Of a DNA stretch of 64,000 nucleotides, positions 10,025 to 21,534 are shown one piece after another. The notes beneath the pieces are model-generated. The model was given only the letters and a program-made list of their open reading frames with translations. It was not told the origin of the DNA and did not search any database. Positions within the stretch are counted from its first letter, which is position 1. Every line of letters begins with the position of its first letter. Origin of the DNA: an uncultured candidate division Zixibacteria bacterium (GTDB lineage: Bacteria; Zixibacteria; MSB-5A5; GN15; FEB-12); NCBI GenBank assembly GCA_963806185.1, contig CAWDXE010000005.1, forward strand, positions 227,737 to 291,736, read 5' to 3'. Position numbers and translations under genes: made by a program.

Positions 10025-12205
10025 ATGCATCGTTTACTTCAAATCTGTCTCTACCTCGGTCTTCTGACCATCGCTTGCAGCAAGGCTCCCGAGGACAAGT
10101 TCAAGGCATCGTTGGGCAAAGGGTACCAACTACTTGAGAACTATCAGATCGCTCAGGCCGATACGGCTTTCGGCGAAATGACGTCCGCCGATCCATCAAG
10201 TCCCATAGGGTTATACGGCAAGGGGTTGGTCCACGAACGGAGATTTGAGTATTACGATGCACTCGAAAAATACATGGCTCTCCTCCAGTTGAGACCTGAT
10301 TTCTCCCCGGCCAATGCGGCCACGGCGCGGATATTCCGCCGACTCGACGAACCGGAGCTGGCCGCTCAATACGCGGCGGTCTATGCCAGACAAAGCGAGA
10401 ACCCGGCCATGGCCTATATCTCGCTGGCCGCCATAGAGCTGGACGGGAGATCCTTCGCCGACGCCCAGGCGGCGATTGCCCATGCCGACGACGCCAAGGT
10501 AGGCGCTACCTGGAAGGACCTCGTGCTAGCCCGCCTGTATGCCCAGCAATTTCGGTTTGATTCTGCCTCACAGGCCTTCTCCCGGGCTTCTGCCGGATTG
10601 CAGAAAACCCCCCAATGGTACGAATTGGCTGCCGACTATTACGAGGCCCGCGGCCTGAGCGATTCTGCGGTGCTGATGAGCCGGATGGCAAGCGAGGCCT
10701 CGGGAGCTGATCAGGATGACCTGTACGCTTACTTCCATCGATGCCTCAGACTTCGGTATGACTATGAGGCCGGACAGATTGCCGGCACCATCGCCGAGCG
10801 GGCAAAGAACGATTTCGCCGGCCCGGCAGCCCAGATGCTCTACTACAGGGCTATCGGCGATCGTTTTGCTGCCGACCGCGCTACCAACAAGGTAACTCGA
10901 CGCAAGGAGCTGATGTATTCCCCCCTGATCTATGACGCCCGAGTGCGCTGGGCCCTGGCCGATTTCCAAACGGCTTACATGAATATGGAGAATATTGCCA
11001 GAATCTCGAATGACGAAACGGTGCCGGAGGATTTCAAAGATTACATCCGCGGCGTCGTCGTGCTCACCGAGAACGAAATTGGCGAAGATGACATGGTGTA
11101 CAAGCGAATACAGTCGGTGGGGGGATTCCGCAATGACCGGCTCGCTTTTCGCATGGCTCAAGCAGAAATGTTCAAACGGAACGGGGTCGACTCGCTTTTC
11201 ACGCTGGCCACTCAGGTGCTCGAGTCCAGTCATGGCAATCAGGCAGACTGGCTTACCGGCTTGGGCAAGTTGTATTGGGGACGAGTCGCTCATGATTCGG
11301 CGATGGCGGGTCAGTATTTCGCTCGGGCACTGGAAAAGGACCCGTCATATCAACCGGCCATGGAACAACTGATTGACATGTATACCTTCAACTCGAATTT
11401 CCTTCATGCCCTTGAGCTGTTTCAACGATATCCCCAGTTCGAATCGATTCCCGGCATGTTGGCGCGCAAGGCGTACTGTCAAGTGCGGGCCGGTCAGCCC
11501 GACGCCGGAGTGGCCACGTTCCTGCAAGCCATGGCCGCGTTTGTCGGCAACGTAAGTAGCCACCGGGATTTCTACACCTTCTTGGTGAATCGGGGCTTAG
11601 CTGAGCAGGCGGTCCAAGTCTCGCAGCGGGCTCTTGAGGCCAATCCGAAAAACCCTTGGGCGTATGCACTGGCGGCTCAGGCGGCTTCGGATCGCCAAGA
11701 CTATCAGAAAGCACTTGAACTTGCCCAGCAAGGGTTGGCCCTGGATGGCGATAACGCCAATCTGGGGGCTCAGAAGGCGCGGGCGCTCTACCTGTCCGGC
11801 CGGAAGGCAGATGGAGTCAAGGAGTTTGATGCCTTGATGAAACGACTGCAGATGAACTTGGAGGTTCTGCACTACTACTCGCGCTGCCTCGCTTCCGATC
11901 ACTCCGAATTGCCACGAGCCGGTGATCTGGCGCGACAGGGGCAGTTTGTCGAAGCCGGCTCGTACCGGGCTAGTCTCAATCTCTCCTACGTTTACTATCA
12001 AACCGGCCTGGCGGCGGAGGCACGGGCCGAGGCGGACCGAGTCGCAAGCTTCTGTCCGTATGAACCGGAGCCCGCGTACATGCTTGCGCTCGCCCTGAAA
12101 TTGGAGGGTCGACCGGAAGCCAAGGCCTTCTTCGAGCGGGCAATTGCTCTGGGCTTGGCCGGAGCCATGCGCGAGAAAGCAGAGCAAGCAAAAGCATCGC
12201 TCTGA
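10025..12205 (+). CDS. Tetratricopeptide-repeat lipoprotein
   Basis: Likely start ATG 10025 (GAGG SD); lipobox LTIA-C; many TPR-like helical repeats (e.g. ALEKDPSY, ALEANPKN). The ORF-track extension back to 9284 is antisense to lptB. Confidence 0.8.
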   Translation: MHRLLQICLYLGLLTIACSKAPEDKFKASLGKGYQLLENYQIAQADTAFGEMTSADPSSPIGLYGKGLVHERRFEYYDALEKYMALLQLRPDFSPANAATARIFRRLDEPELAAQYAAVYARQSENPAMAYISLAAIELDGRSFADAQAAIAHADDAKVGATWKDLVLARLYAQQFRFDSASQAFSRASAGLQKTPQWYELAADYYEARGLSDSAVLMSRMASEASGADQDDLYAYFHRCLRLRYDYEAGQIAGTIAERAKNDFAGPAAQMLYYRAIGDRFAADRATNKVTRRKELMYSPLIYDARVRWALADFQTAYMNMENIARISNDETVPEDFKDYIRGVVVLTENEIGEDDMVYKRIQSVGGFRNDRLAFRMAQAEMFKRNGVDSLFTLATQVLESSHGNQADWLTGLGKLYWGRVAHDSAMAGQYFARALEKDPSYQPAMEQLIDMYTFNSNFLHALELFQRYPQFESIPGMLARKAYCQVRAGQPDAGVATFLQAMAAFVGNVSSHRDFYTFLVNRGLAEQAVQVSQRALEANPKNPWAYALAAQAASDRQDYQKALELAQQGLALDGDNANLGAQKARALYLSGRKADGVKEFDALMKRLQMNLEVLHYYSRCLASDHSELPRAGDLARQGQFVEAGSYRASLNLSYVYYQTGLAAEARAEADRVASFCPYEPEPAYMLALALKLEGRPEAKAFFERAIALGLAGAMREKAEQAKASL

Positions 12206-12250
12206 TTGGGGCGACCAGTGGCTGCCTTGACTTATGGGAATCGTCAATTT

Positions 12251-13240
12251 ATGACTCCGTCGTTACACTTGGTGCTCGTAACCGGCGGAGCCGGGTACAT
12301 CGGATCGGTTGTTACGGAACAGCTCCTGCGCGCCGGCCACCGCGTGCGTGTTCTCGACCGATTCTCCTTCGGGGGCGGAGCACTTCTGCCGCTGCTGCAT
12401 CATCCCGACCTCGACATTCGCACCGGTGACATCCGCGATCAGGCTGCCGTAACGACCGCAATGATCGACGTCGACACCGTCGTGCATCTGGCCGCTATCG
12501 TCGGCGATCCCGCGTGCGCCAAATTCCCGGACGAGGCGATGACGGTCAACCGCGCCGGCTCGGAGCTGCTCTGCCTGGCAGCGATGGACGCGGGCGTGCG
12601 ACGCTTCATCTTCGCCTCGACCTGCAGTAACTACGGCAAAATGAGTGATCACGACGGCTACGTTGACGAACAGTCCCCCCTGGGTCCGATTTCGCTATAC
12701 GCCGAACTCAAGGTCGGGTTCGAGCAGTTCCTGATGGCGCAGAGCAAGTCCGGCTTTGAGCCGGTTTGTTTGCGGTTTGCGACGGCTTACGGGATGTCGG
12801 GACGCCCTCGCTTTGACCTGACCGTCAATGAATTCACGCGGGAATTGCTCCTGGGACGTACGCTCCAGATATTCGGTCAGCAGTTCTGGCGACCGTATTG
12901 CCATGTGGTGGATATCGCAAGCGCCTGCCGGCTGGCGGTGGAGGCGTCGACAGAGACAGTCGCGCGGCAGGCCATCAACGTCGGCGTTACTTCCGAGAAT
13001 TACCAGAAGAAGCGATTGGTCGAACTAATATCCGATCAGATTGGCGACCGTGCGGGCAAAATTGAATTCGTAGCGCGACAAGAAGATCCCCGGGATTACC
13101 GTGTGAATTTTGACAAGATCGAGCGGCTCCTGAGCTTCTCCGCCCAGTGGCGAGTACCCGATGGCATCCGCGAGATTATCGCTGCCATTTCCGGCGGACT
13201 TGTGCCTGACCCCGATCTGCCGGCGTATCGAAATGTGTAA
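12251..13240 (+). CDS. NAD-dependent epimerase/dehydratase (extended SDR)
   Basis: VTGGAGYIGS, HLAAIVG, FASTCSNYG and YAELK (YxxxK) motifs. Confidence 0.92.
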   Translation: MTPSLHLVLVTGGAGYIGSVVTEQLLRAGHRVRVLDRFSFGGGALLPLLHHPDLDIRTGDIRDQAAVTTAMIDVDTVVHLAAIVGDPACAKFPDEAMTVNRAGSELLCLAAMDAGVRRFIFASTCSNYGKMSDHDGYVDEQSPLGPISLYAELKVGFEQFLMAQSKSGFEPVCLRFATAYGMSGRPRFDLTVNEFTRELLLGRTLQIFGQQFWRPYCHVVDIASACRLAVEASTETVARQAINVGVTSENYQKKRLVELISDQIGDRAGKIEFVARQEDPRDYRVNFDKIERLLSFSAQWRVPDGIREIIAAISGGLVPDPDLPAYRNV

Positions 13241-13249
13241 GGGACGGCT

Positions 13250-13978
13250 GTGACGGAAAAGACTGGAAACATCGGTCCTCTCGAAGCGGTCATCCTGGCC
13301 GGCGGCAAGGGGACGCGCCTCTATCCCTACACTTCCGACATTCCCAAGCCGTTGGTACCGATAGCCGGGCGTCCGGTCATTGAGTTTCTCCTCGATCGTC
13401 TGGCGCAGAGCGGCGTCACCAGAGTGCATCTGGCAGTGAATCATCTCTCGAGTATGATTTCCGCCGCCTTGGGCGACGGCGCCAGGTGGGGGATGAAGAT
13501 TGAATACGTGGCCGAGAACCGCCCACTCTCAACGATTGGACCACTGGCCTTGATTCAGGATCTGCCGGACCACTTTGTCGTCGCCAATGGCGACATTATC
13601 ACTGATCTGGACGTGCGCCAGTTGATGGAGGCTCATCGAGCCAATGGAGCGGAGTTGACGGTTGCGACGCATCATCGGGTGGAACGTGTCGACTTCGGTG
13701 TGATAGAGACTGATGCGAAGGGAAATGTCGTCGGTTTTCGGGAAAAGCCTTCGTACGAATTTGCCGTTTCCATGGGCATCTATGCCTTGTCCAAAAAGGT
13801 GCTGAATGTCATTCCTTCCGGAACGCCATTCGGCTTTGACGAACTAATCCTGAATCTCCTTCAGAGTAAAGCCAAAGTCTGCGCATTTCCGTATAGCGGA
13901 TACTGGCTCGATGTGGGACGACCGGATGATTATGAGCGCGCCTGCCGCGAAGTGAATCTATTCGGCGAAAAACGATGA
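13250..13978 (+). CDS. Sugar-phosphate nucleotidyltransferase
   Basis: ILAGGKGTRLYPYT..IPKPL, NGDI and WLDVG motifs. Confidence 0.92.
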   Translation: MTEKTGNIGPLEAVILAGGKGTRLYPYTSDIPKPLVPIAGRPVIEFLLDRLAQSGVTRVHLAVNHLSSMISAALGDGARWGMKIEYVAENRPLSTIGPLALIQDLPDHFVVANGDIITDLDVRQLMEAHRANGAELTVATHHRVERVDFGVIETDAKGNVVGFREKPSYEFAVSMGIYALSKKVLNVIPSGTPFGFDELILNLLQSKAKVCAFPYSGYWLDVGRPDDYERACREVNLFGEKR

Positions 13979-14817
13979 AAACTCGACTGACGCGCTCACA
14001 GTCAAAGAGGTCGCCATATTCACCCAAACGCGCCGGCCGGTTTTGGAATCGTCGTGTCTCCTCCACCGATCCCCTCTCCGCCGTGCTGACATACGACGCG
14101 CCGCCCATAATCAACAAAGCCTATGACCGATGGGAGCGCGGAGCAGTTTCGCTTACCCTCGGCACTTCGCTGCGCCGCATCCGAGCCCTCGACCTGGGAG
14201 CAGGAACCGGGCGGATTTCGCTTCTCCTGGCGTCGAAAGGGGCAACAGTCACCTCGATCGACGTTTCCGAAAAGATGCTGAGCCAACTCACAAAGGCCGC
14301 CCGCACGTCCGGATTGAGTTCAAAGATTCGCCCCATTCTCTCAAGCGCCACGAGGCTGCCGATACCAGACGACTCCATCGATTTGATCACCTGCTGTGGA
14401 TTGCTGGAACATCTTCCAGCCAGAGAGCGACGTTCCGCTATGGGCGAAGCTCTTCGGGTATTGACTCCCTCCGGCCGAATGATTGTAGTGATTAACAACA
14501 CGGACTGTGTTTTTCTCCGGCGCCGGTACCCGATGAAGACTCAACGACCCGACGGTTACTTCGTCGGTCTGGTCGGTTTGTCGTGGCTCCGGCGATGGAC
14601 AGAAGCTCGCGGGTTGATCGTGACGATTCGCGCAGCGAATCCGTGGTATGCATGCGCCTACTATCTGGCATCGTCCGGCGACAGAAGGGACACGACCCTC
14701 TCGCCGCTGACCGCCGCCTTTCGCGGACTGGCGGACATTGACTTGAACATCGACCTCGACTCGCCACTCGTGACAAAACTGGCCTCCCATCTGGTTGTCG
14801 AAATCGCTTATTCCTGA
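13975..14817 (+). CDS. Class I SAM-dependent methyltransferase
   Basis: LDLGAGTG motif I, IDVSEKML and VLTPSG motifs; ATGA overlap with the upstream stop. Confidence 0.88.
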   Translation: MKTRLTRSQSKRSPYSPKRAGRFWNRRVSSTDPLSAVLTYDAPPIINKAYDRWERGAVSLTLGTSLRRIRALDLGAGTGRISLLLASKGATVTSIDVSEKMLSQLTKAARTSGLSSKIRPILSSATRLPIPDDSIDLITCCGLLEHLPARERRSAMGEALRVLTPSGRMIVVINNTDCVFLRRRYPMKTQRPDGYFVGLVGLSWLRRWTEARGLIVTIRAANPWYACAYYLASSGDRRDTTLSPLTAAFRGLADIDLNIDLDSPLVTKLASHLVVEIAYS

Positions 14818-15293
14818 GCTTGGTTACCTCGTCACATGGCGTCCGACCGATTGACTCCCGTCAAAGCGCCCATTCTCCTACTACTGCGTATGGATTCCGT
14901 GGTCCGCGTTCGCATTTGACGGTTCGGATGCGAACTCACCATGAAAATCGCCGGCTCTCGAACGATTTTTGACTGCCGGAAGCCAGTTTTTTCGTTCCAG
15001 AACCTCCCAAAACGGGCCGCACGCAAAATCTGGCCTTTAATGGATTATTTGCACACCAAGAGCACTTTTTCCGTCACCACAGTAAGGGAAACGAATGGAG
15101 GAACCGATATAGTTATTGTTGACAGATAATTGCTTAAACAGATTTCTAAAGTGTGGACAGATACCAGTCACACAGTATTAGTGCACCCTCGCCCATGGCC
15201 GTTCCGGCCAATTACCTTCCCTTGGTCTGGAATGAGCAGTCATGGATAACCCCGATAACAACTGGTATGGAAACATATGGTGAGGAGTAAACA

Positions 15294-18214
15294 ATGAAAC
15301 GTAACATGCTACTGCCAGGCTTGCTGGTCTTGCTCTTGCTGCCAGCGTGGCTTTCGGCCGCTACCGTCGGCCGAATTACTGGAGTGGTGACTGACGCATC
15401 CACGAAGGAGCCGCTGGTCGGCGTCTCCGTGCAGGTGGTCGGTACCAACATGGGAAGCATGACGGATGAGAACGGGCGTTACAACATTCAGAACGTCCCC
15501 GTCGGCACCTACACGATCCGCTACTCGTCGGTCGGTTTCGGGAATGTCGAAATCAGCAACGTTGAAGTGTCGGCCGATCTGGTCAGCTACTCCAACGCCG
15601 GGCTGAGTTCGCAGGCCACCGACATCGGCAAAACGATCACGGTCCAGGCGGAAACCCCGCTGGTCATCAAAGACCGCACGTCGCAGATCAACGTCATGAA
15701 GCGGGACGAGATTCTCGCGTTACCGACGCGCGGCTTTGAACAGGTGGTGGGCATACAGACGGGCGTGGTGAAAGTCACGCCAAACCCGACCAACCGCCTG
15801 CGCGGCGCGCGCGAATCGACGACTACCGGCGAGTTAAACGTCCGCGGCGGCCGGCCGTCGGAAGTCGCCTACTACGTCGATGGATTCTCACAGCAGGATC
15901 CGCTCTCGGGTAACTCGACCGCGAACATCAACAACAACGCCATTCAGGAAGTATCACTCTTGTCGGGCGGTTTCCCGGCGGAATACGGCAACGTCGGATC
16001 GGCGATCGTCAATACGATCACCAATTCCGGCTCGCAGGTATTCCACGGCAACGTCGAAGCCGTCACCGACAACGTGACGTCCCGCAATTTCGATCAGAAC
16101 TACTATTCCGCCGATCTGGGCGGACCGATTCCGGGATTGGAGAAGGCGACCTTCTTTGGTTCCGCCGAACGGCGCTGGCTGGGCGACCGCCAACCGTCGT
16201 CGACGACGCATGATTTCCTGCCGGGTTCACCCGACGGGCTGCCGCACAACTCTCTCGATGGCTGGTCGTGGCAGGGCAAGATCGATTACAGCCTGACGCA
16301 GAACGCCAAGCTGCAATTGTCCACCAACGGTTCAAACGACAAGTGGAGCGAATACCGGCACGAATATCTGCTGGACGCCGGCCACATGCCGTGGTATCAC
16401 GATCAGAATATGGGCCTCAACGGCAAGCTGACCCATACGCTGAACGCGAAGACGTTTTACAACCTGAGCGCCTCCTGGTTCAAGACGGAGCGGTTCCGCG
16501 GCGACGGTATGCTCCGAGAAGATCTCTGGGCCTATGGTCGGCCGACCGGCAAACCCGCGTCTTGACCTGACGTCGCTGTTCTGGAACCCCGATGATCCTG
16601 TCAACCGCCCGACGCGAATCGACATGGTGGTCGACGGCGTCTCCGCAGCATTCTCGATCATGGATACGATCGGCGACGGCCACGGTGACGAAGGCTCGGT
16701 CTGGGATGACTATCTCAAGCGCAAGTCTCGCTACATCGGCTTCAAGGGTGACATCACCAGCGAAGTCTCCGACGTGCACACGGTGCAAGGCCGGTTTCGA
16801 ATTCCAGCGCCATACGCTCCGGTTCTACCAGCACCTGTTCCCGTCGCTGGTTTCGGCAGGACATCGGCGGCAAGGGATTTCAGGATGCCAACCGCTACGG
16901 CTATGACGATATACGGCAATCGAATCGGATAATGAGTCGTTCGAAAACGAGACCAAGCACCCGGTCAATGCGGCCGGCTATGCATCAGGATCGCGTTGAA
17001 TGGCGCGGTTTGATTATCAACGCCGGTCTGCGCTTTGACTATTTCGACTACAAGCAGAAACGGCTCAAAAGCCTGACCAATCCATTCGATCCGGATGGCG
17101 AGGGCGCGTCCAATCCGACTCTCGACCGTGCTCGACGCCAGCGACTTTGAGCCTTCGAAGAAATTCACCGCGCTTGTCGCCCGCGTCTGGGTATCGGCTT
17201 CCCGGTGTCGGACAAGACGCAGCTGCACCTGAATTACGGCAAATTCTACCAGCGCCCGGACCTTATTCGCCTATATGTCGGATATGACTTCTTCGCATAC
17301 AAGGTGCAAGACGGGCGGCTACTTCTTCCCGATCGGGAATCCGAATCTCGAGCCGGAAAGATTACCCAGTACGAAATCGGTTTCTCGCACCAACTGGGCG
17401 AGAACACGTCGCTCGACGTCAACGCCTTCTACAAGGATATGATCGGCCTCGTGCAGGTATATAACCAGTCGGCCGACGCCGCGGTCGTATTCGTTGTATC
17501 GCAACTCCGACTACGGCACGTCGAAGGGCCTGGAATTCAATCTCCACATGCGGCGTACCAACAACATCGAATTGGATGTCAAGTACACGCTGGCGTATGC
17601 CACCGGCACCGGTTCGTACGCCAACACGCAGCAGAATATTGCCTGGACCAACTCCCAGGTCCCCAAGCAGGCCGCACCGCTCGATTACGACCAGCGCCAC
17701 AATCTGATCGGCGTAGTCGATTATCGACTCGGCCGCCAGCAGGGACCACGCATCGGCGATAAGTATCCGCTGGAGAACTTCGGTATCAACATTGTTTCCC
17801 AGGTTGGCAGCGGTCTGCCGTATTCGCCGCAGAATCTCTACAACGAAGTGACCCTGGCGGCGGTTACGCCGACACCTTCGGCGGCGCGCAACAGCGCCTA
17901 CGGCCCATGGACGATCAATATCGATCTCAAGGCGGAGAAGATCATTCAACTTCAAGGCTACAAGATCACTCCGTACCTGTGGGTCAAGAACCTGCTCGAT
18001 CGGGACAACGTGACTTACGTCTATGAAGGCACTGGTCGCCCGAACACCACCGGCTGGCTGGCTACATCCGAGGGTCAAGCAGTTCGTAGTCGATCAAGCC
18101 GGACCGGATTATACTGGCTTGAACGGCGAACAGAAATACAAACTGAAAGAACAGAACCCGACGAACTACTCCAACCCGCGGATGTTCATGTTCGGCGTTC
18201 GGTTCTCGTTCTGA
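15294..18214 (+). CDS. TonB-dependent receptor (several frameshifts, probably sequencing errors)
   Basis: Signal peptide, GRITGVVTD N-domain and plug (NVRGGR..EVAYYVDG, GGFPAEYG). Barrel fragments continue across frames (NAGLRFDYFD, LNYGKFYQ, YEIGF, KNLLD) and end in GVRFSF at 18214. Confidence 0.85.
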
Positions 18215-18258
18215 TCGAGAGAAAAATAGGAATTCGTATGGATACGAGGACAGATTTC

Positions 18259-21200
18259 ATGAAACAAAAATTATGGATAGGCGTGATCCTGTCGCTTTTG
18301 GCCGTAGCGGCTCTGGCTGCACCGCCCCAACAGCGGGGCAAAGCGCCCAAGAGTGCAGCCTCTTTGGACACCGACACGTGGATCGATGCCAATCGTCTTC
18401 TCATGTTTGTGACCAACGACGGCTCGTTCGCGTCAGATCTGGGAGGAATCCTGGGTAAGACTGACGGTCTGTATTATCCCTTCACTTCTTTGGCCGACAT
18501 CCGGTTCAAGAAGAACGACAACTCGGTGGTTTACGCATCTGGCCTCTGGCTGGGCGCAAAGGATTCGGTCACCGGTGACATATTGATCACCGTCGCCGAA
18601 TACTCCGAGGAAAATGTGCCGGGCCCGATGGTTGACGGTGAGGCCAGCCCGGATGATCCGTTCTACTACGTGTACAAAATCAGGTCCGACAGCACAGGTG
18701 ACAACGCCAACCGAGATTACCGAGACTGGCCGGACACACTCGGAGCTCCGGTCGACATCGACCGGAAAGCCGGCGCTGATTGGTAACCAGATGCTCTGGG
18801 CGGTATACAACGACGCCGATCCGGCCAACACACCAACAAAGCCGGTTCGACCGAACCGCTCGGTGTCGAAATCCAGCAAACCGACCATCGGCTTCAGCCC
18901 GCCAAGGTGCGTTCGGCGACATTTTGTTCGTCAAGTTCAAGATCAAGAACAAAGGCTCTAAGACCCTGGACAGTATGTTCGTGTCGCTCTGGGCGGATCC
19001 TGATCTGGGCGACGCTTCCGACGATTTGGTCGGTTGCGATACACTCCTGTCGCTCGGATACTGCTACAACGGAGATGCGGTTGACGGCCAATACGGTTCG
19101 CGTCCACCCGCGGTCGGTTACGACTTCTTCCAGGGGCCGATGGATTCAACCGGCATCGAGACTGACACAGCGCTCATGTGGGGACAGAAGTGGCCGGGAA
19201 ATCGTAAACCTGCCGATGTCGTCATTCAACAAGTACATCAACGGAACCGATCCGCAGAACTTCAACCAGACCTACAATTATATGCGGGGTCTGCGGACGG
19301 CAAGCGGTGATCCTGGCGACCAACGGACGAAATTCGCCGTGCCGGGCGATCCGGTTACCGGCGGGTGATCTGGACGCCAATCCTGCTGACCGTCGCTTTA
19401 TGTTGACCACTGGACCGTTCAAGTTCCGTCCGGGTGACAGCACTGAAATCGTGGCCGGCATCATGGCTCAGCAGGGCGCCGAACCGCCTCCAGTCTCTGA
19501 CTGCCTTGAAAGAGTTGGATGACATTGCTCAGAAGACCTACAACAATAACTTCGTCGTCGTGAAACCGCCGGCGATCCGGTGGTAACGGTGACCAACCAG
19601 AACGAGGAGATCGTCCTGTCCTGGACGGACACTTCGGAAATCGAACACGGCGACTTCCCGTTTGAAGGATACACGGTTCTTCAGGGAAAACGAGTCGGTT
19701 CTACGATCGAATACACCGAAATCCCGCAACAGACGTATGACCTAGTCAACGGGTACAAGATCATTCTGGATTCCATTCCGGACACCGACGCGCAGCAGCC
19801 GCTCTTGAAAGTGCAGAAGAAGGGAAACGACCGCGGGGTCAAGAGGTATTTTTCCACGCGCACCGACTACAATACCGGCGAGCCGCTTTCCAATTTGAGC
19901 GAATACTTCTATCGGATCGAAGCCTATTCGTACAATCCTTCCGCACCGGCCGGGGACAGAATTCAGCCGTCGAAAGGCAAGAATGTAACGGCCGTGCCAC
20001 AGGGACCACCGGCTAACTATGATCCGAGCTATGTAGGTACTGACGTGTTCCCGGTCACGCACGTCGGCAATTCCGACGGGACAATTGTGCCAACCGTCAT
20101 GGATCCCACTCTCCTGACCGGGCACGACTACCAGATCAGAATAGACACCATCCCTGAATTCGACACGGCAATCGTCGACGTCGAGGATTCTGTCATAACA
20201 ATTGCAGATTCGACAGTCCGAGGTGACACGGTCCTTTACTTCAACCGTGACAGCTCGGTAACACATCCCGAAACCACAATTACCACCACTACGGTATGGG
20301 AACTTCGGGACATGACTCTGGACTCAGCATTATTTGATACGATGCTGAATCAGAGCGGTGACGATGAGTATCCAATCGTCGACGGGTTCCTCATGAAGGT
20401 TCTGGGTCCGCCACCGGGATTGAAGGGCGGCGAGCCGGGCGATGCCAATGAGGGATGGGCAGTATCAAGCGGCGCTCGTCGATTCACGCAGATCGGCGGA
20501 GACGGCCTCGCTATGGAAGGATTCCGCGCAACTGTTGGCTGGGCCAACGAACCGTCGTCTTTCTTTGGTTCTCGCGGTCTATCGTCGGTTGGTGCGGACA
20601 GGCTTCGCAATATTGAGCTGCGACTGGCAGTGACTGATTCAACCGGCGTGTTTGATCCCGGCGATCCGAATGTATCCTATGCCTATCGCTGGGGCCGTAA
20701 CTTCCAGGCCGCCGCCGCCAAGCCGGAGTTCGCGCCATTTATCATCAATACCGGTGCCAGCTACGATTACCAGGACTATGTACAGAGTATGCCGCTGGCT
20801 GTGTATGACATTGAAGCTGACCCGCCGCGCCGGCTGGCCGTTGGCTTCCTCGAAAACAACGTTGCCGACGGTGAAGTGAACGGCAGATACTGGCCACCGT
20901 ACAACGCCGCTGCCAACGGCGACAACGTTGACGCGGGCGGGCCTCGCGAATGGCTGTTCATATTCGACGCCGATTATACCGGCGCGACGCCTGATGCGGG
21001 CCTGCAGGTGAACGTCCTCGGTGCTGTCACTCCTATAATGTATCACGCCACGTGGACGCGGCGCGATGACGTCGGCTGGTCCCCGGGCGGAGTGGTCGAT
21101 GGCTTCGAGCTCTTTGCCAACCATGTCCTGCTGCCCGCTGATACGTTCTCGTTTACGGCTGCGCCGTGGACGAAAACAAACGCCGGCGGCAGCGTGAGAT

Positions 21201-21514
21201 TGGATGATGTCCGGGCCGTACCTAACCCGTACTACCTCTACTCCTCCTACGACAACAGCACCAACTCGCGGCAGATTCGCTTCTCGAATCTTCCGGAGAG
21301 GTGCACCATCAGTATCTACACGATCACTGGTGATCTGGTCTCCAAGGTGGAGAAGAACTCGACCGATTCGTGGGCGTACTGGGATGTCCAGACCGATAAT
21401 GGGATCCCCGTGGCGTCAGGTATATATATCTGGGTGGTCGACGCTCCCGGAATTGGACAGAAAATCGGCAAGATGGCTGTGTTCACCGAAGTGGAACAGC
21501 TTCCGCAGTACTAG
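18259..21514 (+). CDS. Large exported protein with T9SS/FlgD-type C-terminal sorting domain (frameshifted near 18.8-19.6 kb)
   Basis: Signal peptide MKQKLW...ALA; WADPDLGDASDDLVGCD and GYDFFQGP segments; C-terminal VPNPY...IRFSNLP..CTISIYTITGDLV...WD...VASGIYIW domain. Confidence 0.75.
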
Positions 21515-21534
21515 AAAGCGCAGAGGATAAGATC

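Noticed and set aside
16534..19580. Programmed frameshifting, phase variation or pseudogenisation in the TonB and cargo genes
   Set aside because: Indels are scattered, are not at consistent slippery or homopolymer sites, and occur equally in essential gyrA; sequencing error is more parsimonious.
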